From Promethearchaeota archaeon (lineage in GTDB: Archaea > Asgardarchaeota > Lokiarchaeia > Sigyniarchaeales > SOKP01): a stretch of 64,000 bases of DNA. A program made the translations under genes and the position numbers. Positions 57,227 to 64,000 of this stretch are shown here, piece after piece. The DNA is taken from positions 33,694-97,693 of the forward strand of contig JBHLPW010000008.1 in NCBI GenBank assembly GCA_048939015.1, given 5' to 3'. Positions within the stretch are counted from its first letter, which is position 1; each line of letters opens with the position of its first letter. The notes below the pieces were generated by a model that was not told the DNA's origin, did not search any database, and saw nothing but the letters and a program-made list of their open reading frames with translations.

Positions 57227-57460
57227 ATTTCAATAACTGAGAAGCTGGAAATCTTTCCAAAAAAATGTGTTGGATGTTTAACCTGTCAACTGGCATGTTC
57301 TTTTACTTTTACCGATAGATTTAATCCATCCGCGGCGAGAATCCTCGTTGAATGGTCCCCCGAGGGAAGCAAGATTGAATTCACTAAAGAATGTACCAAT
57401 TGTGGGATCTGCGCAAGGTATTGTTTTTACGGGTGTCTAAAACTCAAGGAGGAGGATTAA
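57227..57460 (+). CDS. 2x[4Fe-4S] ferredoxin, partner of the tungsten oxidoreductase; ATT start (not in ORF track)
   Basis: ISITEKLEIFPKKCVGCLTCQLACS...FNPSAARI...CTNCGICARYCFYGCL; AGGTGA SD; stop abuts ATG of next gene. Confidence 0.85.
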   Translation: MSITEKLEIFPKKCVGCLTCQLACSFTFTDRFNPSAARILVEWSPEGSKIEFTKECTNCGICARYCFYGCLKLKEED

Positions 57461-59320
57461 ATGGACATTGGAGGCTATAGTGGAGAAATATTACATGTAG
57501 ATTTAACTGAAAGGAAATTTAAAAAAGAAAAGATAAACCTGGATGCCGCCACAAATTTCTTAGGTGGCTTAGGTTACAATACGAAACTTATGTACGACTT
57601 AATGGAACCGGGGGTTGATCCCCTGTCGCCAGAAAACATCTTGATATTGGGTACGGGCGTATTGGTAGGAACATTTGCTCCTGGAGTATCACGAATTTTT
57701 GCCACGACCAAATTACCAATTAACAATAGAATAGGTTGGTGTGGTGGGGGAGGCATGCGATTTGGATGCATGCTCAAAAATTCAGGGTTCGATCATGTCG
57801 TGATTCGGGGTGCTTCTGAGAACCCTGTGTTTCTCAAAATTTTTGATAATGACATCGAGCTCTGCGATGCGACTTCGCTCTGGGGGAAAGGCATAGATGA
57901 AACGACCCAGAAATTACGTGATGAATTTGGGAACTCAACGGGAGTTATTAGCATAGGACAGGCTGGAGAGAGCCTCGTGAAATATTCTATGGCGTTTGTC
58001 GATCAAGGATCGTCTTTTGGTAGGGGTGGTGTGGCTGCTGTACTTGGGTCAAAGAATTTGAAAGCGGTCATCTCAAAGGGTACAAAAGGCGTGGCAGTTG
58101 TTCATAAGAAACGCTTCAAGAAGATATGTGATGATCTTTATAGTAGGATTCGAAACTATCCGTTACTTCGGGAATGGCAGAAATTTGGCTTGTTAATGAG
58201 CTTACCCTTCTTACCTAAAGATGTATATCAGGACAAGCTCTTTAAAGCGAGAATGGCGTGTATTGGATGTCCAATTGGTGACAAAGACATGCTTGAAATC
58301 AAAACTGGGAAATATAAAGGTTATAAAACCGTCTGTAGTTCAGCAGTGAATTCCTTTATCGTAAATTATTATGGATTCAGGGATTATAAAGAGTGTGTGA
58401 AAATTCTGGGAATGTTAGATGATTACGGAATAGATGCGTGTGAATTTTTTGCCATATTGGAGTTTGCTAAAAAATTACATAAAAAAGGTTTTTTGGATGA
58501 TTATCCGAACGTTAACTTCGAATATACATATGAAAATGTGGCAGAATGGATGCAAAAAATCGCATACAGGGAAGAACTGGGAGATATTTTTGCGGAAGGG
58601 ATTAGTGCCATCGTTGAAGAGTTTGGTGAGGAAACGCGAAAGTTCTCTCCAGCAACGAGCAGGAATTTGTCCACATATATCAGTCCCAGGGGTCCGTTAC
58701 CGTGGAAACTCATGGGAACGATGGAATTCGGTCAAATGATCGGACTTCGAGGCCCTCATGCCGCCCCTGGAGGATCACCGACATATTTTGCACACCGACC
58801 ATTAGATAGATTCCCTCGCTTGATGCAGAAATTCGGTGTCCCCGACGATGCCATGGAAAAAATACTCCCGAACATGACGGAATTACGAGTGGGAAGGCTC
58901 ATAAAATACTCTTATGATAACTTCATGGTACTCGCATCATTGGGAATCTGCGCACGCGCCCAAATTAATAGATTTTATTATGCTGGTCTCTATCCCGATC
59001 TATATTCTACCGCGACTGGAATCGAGTTATCTAAACAAGAAATTCTAAGGGCAGGTGAAAGAATTTACAACCTGATGAAGTTGGCAAACATTAGAGAGGG
59101 TCACGCTACAAGAGACAAAATTCCTGACCAGTGGTTAGAAATACCTCGGTTTAAAGAATACGTGGGAGAAAAAGTCAGTGTGACACGAGAAATGTTAGAT
59201 GATATGCTTGATGACTATTACGATGAGAGGGGCTGGAGTAAAACGGGCATCCCTACACGAGAAAAACTCGAAGAACTCGGTTTGATAAGTGAATTAGATG
59301 TTATACTTAATTTAATCTAA
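57461..59320 (+). CDS. aor: Tungsten-containing aldehyde:ferredoxin oxidoreductase family protein
   Basis: GY.G.IL.VDL, FLGG.G, DPLSPEN, IGQAGE, GRGG.AAVLGSKNLKAV, DDYGID, YYDERGW...GIPT. Confidence 0.9.
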   Translation: MDIGGYSGEILHVDLTERKFKKEKINLDAATNFLGGLGYNTKLMYDLMEPGVDPLSPENILILGTGVLVGTFAPGVSRIFATTKLPINNRIGWCGGGGMRFGCMLKNSGFDHVVIRGASENPVFLKIFDNDIELCDATSLWGKGIDETTQKLRDEFGNSTGVISIGQAGESLVKYSMAFVDQGSSFGRGGVAAVLGSKNLKAVISKGTKGVAVVHKKRFKKICDDLYSRIRNYPLLREWQKFGLLMSLPFLPKDVYQDKLFKARMACIGCPIGDKDMLEIKTGKYKGYKTVCSSAVNSFIVNYYGFRDYKECVKILGMLDDYGIDACEFFAILEFAKKLHKKGFLDDYPNVNFEYTYENVAEWMQKIAYREELGDIFAEGISAIVEEFGEETRKFSPATSRNLSTYISPRGPLPWKLMGTMEFGQMIGLRGPHAAPGGSPTYFAHRPLDRFPRLMQKFGVPDDAMEKILPNMTELRVGRLIKYSYDNFMVLASLGICARAQINRFYYAGLYPDLYSTATGIELSKQEILRAGERIYNLMKLANIREGHATRDKIPDQWLEIPRFKEYVGEKVSVTREMLDDMLDDYYDERGWSKTGIPTREKLEELGLISELDVILNLI

Positions 59321-60213
59321 ACTCTTTTTTTTCTTAAATCATAGCATAGTTTTATTAAAGTATTTATTTCTTCAATTTGCTCCTTTCTGGTTATAACAAC
59401 TTTATAAATATTATTTGCTAGATTTAATTTGTTGGGGAGCCGTTCTATTTGAAATTGTTCGAACTTTTCGAGATTTGGTTCAAATTCTCCAAACCTTAGA
59501 AATAATATGATTTCGTTGTTTTTTGATCTAATCTTCATTGAGGCAAATTCTGTGTCTTGTTTAAATCCAATAGCACAATGTTGATGATAATATACTTCTG
59601 TAATATCCTTCCCTAAAGCAAGGATCTTTTCTCTTAAAGTTAATATAAACACTTTAAATTCCAAAGGTTTATCAGTTCCGTCTATTTTGGTCAATAATTC
59701 ATTTTGGCCATTTAAATTTCTATGAAAAGATTCAAGATCTCCATTCTTTATACTCTCCTTTGAAATGAAGGTTAAACATTCTACTTTTTTATCAAGCGAT
59801 ATTTTTTCATCATCCAAAGAGATATCTATGATTAACCGTTCTGAAACCGTTCCCCTTTTGAAGGTTTCAAATATTTGATACCGATTACCATTCGTTAATA
59901 CACAAAACGTAATATTATCCTCATACGCATAATTAGTGGCTTGAACTTGAAATTTCTGCGTTAATTTGCTGCTTAAAGGTTTTGCCTCCAGATAAATTTG
60001 CGTCCCATTAAACTTGAGAATATAATCTATAAACTTCCCGCTGGTTGTTTTGCTATTTCGTGAGATCTCGTTTACATCAAAGATATTCCAGCCTAACTCC
60101 TGCAACATGGGATCAATTAGGATGCCCCTGGTATCCTCTTCATTTAGATTTTGGGACTTTAGAGCGGCAATTCTCTCACACAGCGACAATAGACGTTTTT
60201 TATCTAAAGGCAC
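59317..60213 (-). CDS. Type I restriction HsdR N-terminal-like PD-(D/E)XK nuclease with DUF5655-like C-terminal domain
   Basis: NEEDTR..LIDP.L..LGW, IDYIL, LEAK, Q..NYA, LTNG; C-terminal LREKILALG..I.E....IGF. Confidence 0.75.
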   Translation of the reverse strand: MPLDKKRLLSLCERIAALKSQNLNEEDTRGILIDPMLQELGWNIFDVNEISRNSKTTSGKFIDYILKFNGTQIYLEAKPLSSKLTQKFQVQATNYAYEDNITFCVLTNGNRYQIFETFKRGTVSERLIIDISLDDEKISLDKKVECLTFISKESIKNGDLESFHRNLNGQNELLTKIDGTDKPLEFKVFILTLREKILALGKDITEVYYHQHCAIGFKQDTEFASMKIRSKNNEIILFLRFGEFEPNLEKFEQFQIERLPNKLNLANNIYKVVITRKEQIEEINTLIKLCYDLRKKRV

Positions 60214-60328
60214 TCTAAGTGGGACAAATAAATTCAGCCTTAAAAATGTGAAGGATGGAGAATTTTAGATTTTCTAATAAACATGAAAAACTATAAATTT
60301 CCTCATCTAACTGTCATTTCGTTACAGT

Positions 60329-60859
60329 TTAGTCATTTTTGAAAAATCTTGTTTTTTCCAAGAAGACATATTCTACTAAGATAAGAAGAATAGTAATAAT
60401 AGCCATATAAAAACCACTTAAGAATATCAAATTAAATGAAAAAGATGTAATAGTCGTTGGGGGGATTTCAAATCTAAGTAATGTTAAAATTGGAGAGATA
60501 ACGCTCCCAACTAAACCAATGGACATTAAGATGATACTAATCAAATCCAAGTTGTCTCTTAGTTTAGATCGTTTTTGTCTTTTGAAATACCCAAAGTTTA
60601 GTATAAATCCAACAATATAAATTATGATAAATAGGTAAAAGATGATAAAATTATACCCAATCCCATACCCCGAGCCACTAATACGAGATGGAAAAGGGAT
60701 TACACCAAGGTAAAAATTATGGGTTAAGATTTCTGTGGGATTAGAAACTACTCCTGAAATTCCTAACCTTCCAAATCCTAAAATAAAACTTAGAGTACCG
60801 AAAATCAAAATTAAAATTTTAGCCATTATATTACATTTCCTTGAATCTATACTTACCAA
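60329..60859 (-). CDS. Four-TM membrane protein of unknown function
   Basis: Four hydrophobic segments; AAGGAG SD near start. Confidence 0.6.
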   Translation of the reverse strand: MVSIDSRKCNIMAKILILIFGTLSFILGFGRLGISGVVSNPTEILTHNFYLGVIPFPSRISGSGYGIGYNFIIFYLFIIIYIVGFILNFGYFKRQKRSKLRDNLDLISIILMSIGLVGSVISPILTLLRFEIPPTTITSFSFNLIFLSGFYMAIITILLILVEYVFLEKTRFFKND

Positions 60860-61004
60860 CTCCTTAGATTTAGATAGTCTCAGATTAGTTATAATATCAG
60901 ATTATATATGTTATAATTTAGACTTATCCTCAAATATAAAATCATCAATACACAAGTTGAATATATTACTGCCAACTATAGTACGATCAACCTTTATTTC
61001 TTCT

Positions 61005-61091
61005 TGAGATCTCGTTGACATCAAAGATATTCCAGCTTAACGCTTGGAACTAAGGATCAATTAAGATACCCCTCTTTTATTCAAATCTTGA
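61005..61091 (-). pseudogene. Degenerate copy of the 5' part of the HsdR-N gene
   Basis: 61005-61073 matches 60061-60129 at 59/69 nt; translates RGILIDP*FQALSWNIFDVNEISR. Confidence 0.75.
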
Positions 61092-61325
61092 GTAGTAATA
61101 ACTTCATGTCCATCCATAAAAACCGTCGTAACAACGTTGTCAAAGTATATTTTTTTACCTCTTAACATTACATAGAAAAATGATTACTATATTCTTTCAT
61201 TATTACTAAATGGTTAGTTCTTATTAGATTACATCTGTTTATGACTGAAGAAATAAAATATTTATTATATAAGAACTAAAATGTTCGAAATATATTAAAA
61301 ACTAAAAAACTAAATTAGCCTGGAA

Positions 61326-63158
61326 TCATAATAAACTATTATAGTCCTTCCCAAAAAAGATATCTGTGAATGTAATTTTGCTTGTCTTACTTTTTTTGAC
61401 ATAAAACCCCGTACCAATCTCTTCACCTACTGCCAGTTTTAGATTATTTAAAAGTTTTTCATATTTTTTCTCAAATATCTGACATGCTCTTGTTCTGAAA
61501 AATCCGCAGTAATCATTTTTATCTTGAATAATGTCCTTTAAGGGGTACTCGAGCCATTTTTCCCAGCTAAAAGGGATGCTGAAAATCATGAAATTAGTCC
61601 CTAATGGTATTCCATTCGCGTCAAGTGGACCTTCCTCAAAATAATTAAACAACCTTAATTTCAGCTTGATTTTTCCCATGTGTAACATTTCAGTTTTAAA
61701 AAATTTCTTGAAGTCGTCCGAGGGTTCAAGTTTAATATATATCGAACCCCTGCTAGAAAGAGTTGGATCATACTTAAAGTCCCATAATTGCCCTTCAGAG
61801 GTTTCTATATTCATCGGACTATGGGAACCAATGAAAGAAGGATGAATTACGCCCCATTTATTAATATCCTCGATAAGCTCAGCCATGTCGGCATTATTAA
61901 GTTGACAATCGGGACGCTTGAAATACACGCAAAAAACACGATCTCCTTCTGTCTCTGAAGCTTTATTTCGCATACTAATCCAATTTATTGGTACTTTTGC
62001 TGGTTTAAAAAGGCACTCTTGGATAACTTTTAATGTCTCCTTCCATTCATCCTCTTTTTTCATTCGCACCTCTTCAAACTCGGTTTCGTTTAAAATTTCT
62101 TCTGCAACATCTATTATTTTCGTTGAGCATTGGTTATAAAGCCATTCCATCTGGTAATCTGAATTATTATTGCATAGAAAATCAACCATGTTTCCCGGAA
62201 AATTGATAAAAAGGTCTTTCCAATCTTTTATGTTCTTGTAATCATTCTTCTTTATCATACTAATGAACCTAAAGGCTTGGATGGGGCACTTATACCATAA
62301 CTGATAGTGGGGACTCTCATTCCATAGATAAAATTTATGAATTTCAAGTTCTTTTAAATTTATTAAATTTGCCAATCCTTCAATATCGAGGTATTTTTTT
62401 ACAATACTTCCAATTCCCAACCGTTCTAATGAAATAAGCGCTTCAAGCCCCTCAATCCTCTCGATGGATGTACCTCCCAGCTGTAAAGTCTTTAGTTTGG
62501 AAAGGTATTGGAGGTTTTGTATTTTTGAGATTTGTTGGTTCAAATCCAAGTTCAGAGTTTCTAAATTGTTTAGCTGATCTAAGTTTTCAATACGCTCAAT
62601 CTTGTTATTCCGCAAATATAGCTTATTTAGATTGCATAAATGATCAATATTTTCAATTTTATTTATCTCGTTATCCGATAAGTATAGGTTCGTTAGATTC
62701 GACAAGTGATTTAAGTTTTCTATTTTTTTTATTTTATTTTTAGAAAGGTCTAATAATCTGAGATTATGTAATTCCTCCAGTCCAAGGATTTTTGAGATGT
62801 TATTTTCTGAAATATCAAGACTTTCCAATTTTTTTAGACCATCAAGATTTTTTATCTCATTAATTTGATTATATCTCAGATTTAGCGAACAGAGATTTTC
62901 AAGGTGTTCAATTCCCTTGATTTCTGTAATATTGTTATAACTCAAATCAAGAGTCCTAAGGTTAGTAAGAGATTCTAAATCCGTTATTTCATTAATTTTA
63001 TTGTTACTAAGTTCTAATTCTTCAAGTTCAGTACATTCACTCAATCCTTTCAATTCGGAAATAGACTTCACGTTCAATTTTGAAAAGTTAAAACCTCTAT
63101 TGCCGGATGTAAATTGATAAAATTTTCCATTATATATCACTTTATGTTTCTTTTTCAT
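61326..63158 (-). CDS. SDS22-type LRR protein with ~300-aa C-terminal domain of unknown function
   Basis: About 11 LRRs in the first ~275 aa; globular Trp/Cys-rich C-terminus. Confidence 0.85.
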   Translation of the reverse strand: MKKKHKVIYNGKFYQFTSGNRGFNFSKLNVKSISELKGLSECTELEELELSNNKINEITDLESLTNLRTLDLSYNNITEIKGIEHLENLCSLNLRYNQINEIKNLDGLKKLESLDISENNISKILGLEELHNLRLLDLSKNKIKKIENLNHLSNLTNLYLSDNEINKIENIDHLCNLNKLYLRNNKIERIENLDQLNNLETLNLDLNQQISKIQNLQYLSKLKTLQLGGTSIERIEGLEALISLERLGIGSIVKKYLDIEGLANLINLKELEIHKFYLWNESPHYQLWYKCPIQAFRFISMIKKNDYKNIKDWKDLFINFPGNMVDFLCNNNSDYQMEWLYNQCSTKIIDVAEEILNETEFEEVRMKKEDEWKETLKVIQECLFKPAKVPINWISMRNKASETEGDRVFCVYFKRPDCQLNNADMAELIEDINKWGVIHPSFIGSHSPMNIETSEGQLWDFKYDPTLSSRGSIYIKLEPSDDFKKFFKTEMLHMGKIKLKLRLFNYFEEGPLDANGIPLGTNFMIFSIPFSWEKWLEYPLKDIIQDKNDYCGFFRTRACQIFEKKYEKLLNNLKLAVGEEIGTGFYVKKSKTSKITFTDIFFGKDYNSLL

Positions 63159-63319
63159 TATTAGATTAAGAAATTACATTTTTGTTTAAAATATTGAAAT
63201 TAATTATAATGTAATAATATTACCATTGTGTAATTAGGTGGAATTCTAATAATAACTGTTATATCACACTAAAAAAGTATAAAGGAAATTAAAGATCAAT
63301 TATCCATTACGAAATTTGA

Positions 63320-63757
63320 TCAAAAAAAGCCGTCTTTATCCAATTGGGAGTTACATAACTCATCACACTTTTGGATGTATGGATTTTTTCGGTCTACATG
63401 AAAGATTTCAACCTTTTCATATTTATTACAGAGCTGGTACACTTCACTACACATTTCTGAAAGATGAGGGTAATTGATCTTCCACTTTCGATTAATTTGC
63501 TGGACAGCTAAATTACTGTCTGAGAACACTTGAATGTGACCTCTATGGAACTTCTCAGCTGCTTTTAATGCGTTAATTATTGCTTGATACTCTGCGGTGT
63601 TATTGGTGGCAGTACCTATATACCCCGAACCTTGGTGGATTATGGTATCATTATGAACAAACAGAAAGGCATAGGCAGCAGGACCAGGATTACCTCTCGC
63701 CGCACCATCAGTATAAATCTTGAGAATATCTCCCTTTTTAATTTGAATTCTACTCAT
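63320..63757 (-). CDS. rnhA: Ribonuclease HI
   Basis: YTDGAARGNPGPA, TNNTAEY, FSDS, final CD (DEDD). Confidence 0.92.
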   Translation of the reverse strand: MSRIQIKKGDILKIYTDGAARGNPGPAAYAFLFVHNDTIIHQGSGYIGTATNNTAEYQAIINALKAAEKFHRGHIQVFSDSNLAVQQINRKWKINYPHLSEMCSEVYQLCNKYEKVEIFHVDRKNPYIQKCDELCNSQLDKDGFF

Positions 63758-63862
63758 ATTTGATCACTATATTGTCTATAAACCAATCTTATAATAAGAA
63801 ATCATTGTTTGATTACACTTTTTTCATTTAAAAGTAATAGGAATATAGTTTTTTATTATTTT

Positions 63863-64000
63863 TTAACAATTTTTCTTTATTTTGATATCATTTAGCAAAT
63901 CATTGATTTCGCGATTAAATACTAGTTTTTCATATAATTCTGTGAAGATGAGGATCACAATAGTAGTAATCAAAATCATTAGCCAATCTATCGGTTCAAG
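63863..64000 (-). CDS. 3' end of a membrane protein, possibly a P-type ATPase C-terminus (truncated by window edge)
   Basis: LEPIDWLMILITTIVILIFTELYEKL...KKNC*; resembles last helix of cation-transporting ATPases. Confidence 0.4.
   Translation of the reverse strand, partial: LEPIDWLMILITTIVILIFTELYEKLVFNREINDLLNDIKIKKNC

Noticed and set aside
63320-63757. RNase H as part of a retroelement or transposase
   Set aside because: Ordinary stand-alone RNase HI; no reverse transcriptase, integrase or terminal repeats nearby
1-64000. Selenoprotein (in-frame UGA) or SECIS element, known from Lokiarchaeia
   Set aside because: The redox genes examined have Cys at motif positions and end normally; the 17475 hairpin lacks the non-canonical GA core. 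Search was by eye only

Overview
AT-rich (about 30% GC by eye) archaeal chromosomal segment that looks like Asgard archaea, most likely Lokiarchaeia. The evidence is an archaeal TFB, an Arf-like small GTPase fused to longin/uDENN-like domains, SDS22-type LRR proteins, five surface proteins ending in IPG[YF]/IPFG-TM-basic sorting tails, and GGAGG/AGGTGA ribosome-binding sites. Gene content is mostly accessory metabolism: redox and O2 stress (DsbA, FprA, AIF-like reductase, flavodoxins, RdhA/QueG-like), peptide and ester catabolism (M1, M28, esterases, amidohydrolases, tungsten oxidoreductase, LDH), signalling (MCP, receiver, wHTH regulators) and surface proteins. I saw no rRNA, tRNA, CRISPR or transposase. 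Top candidate for a new system: a 1,130-aa protein (28453-31845, minus) with the architecture longin - Arf-like GTPase - longin (FLCN/SMCR8-like RG motif) - PAS - PAS - GAF - degenerate histidine kinase, i.e. a eukaryote-type GTPase switch wired into a prokaryotic sensor scaffold. Second highlight: repeated evidence for SD-led ATT/ATA start codons, including a complete 2x[4Fe-4S] ferredoxin gene with no ATG/GTG/TTG that the ORF track misses. Also noted: two unannotated SD-led acidic Cys peptides, an orphan MCP locus with a wHTH-methyltransferase-fold fusion, and a GC-rich tungsten oxidoreductase with atypical ligand residues. All domain calls come from motif recognition by eye; no database searches were run.
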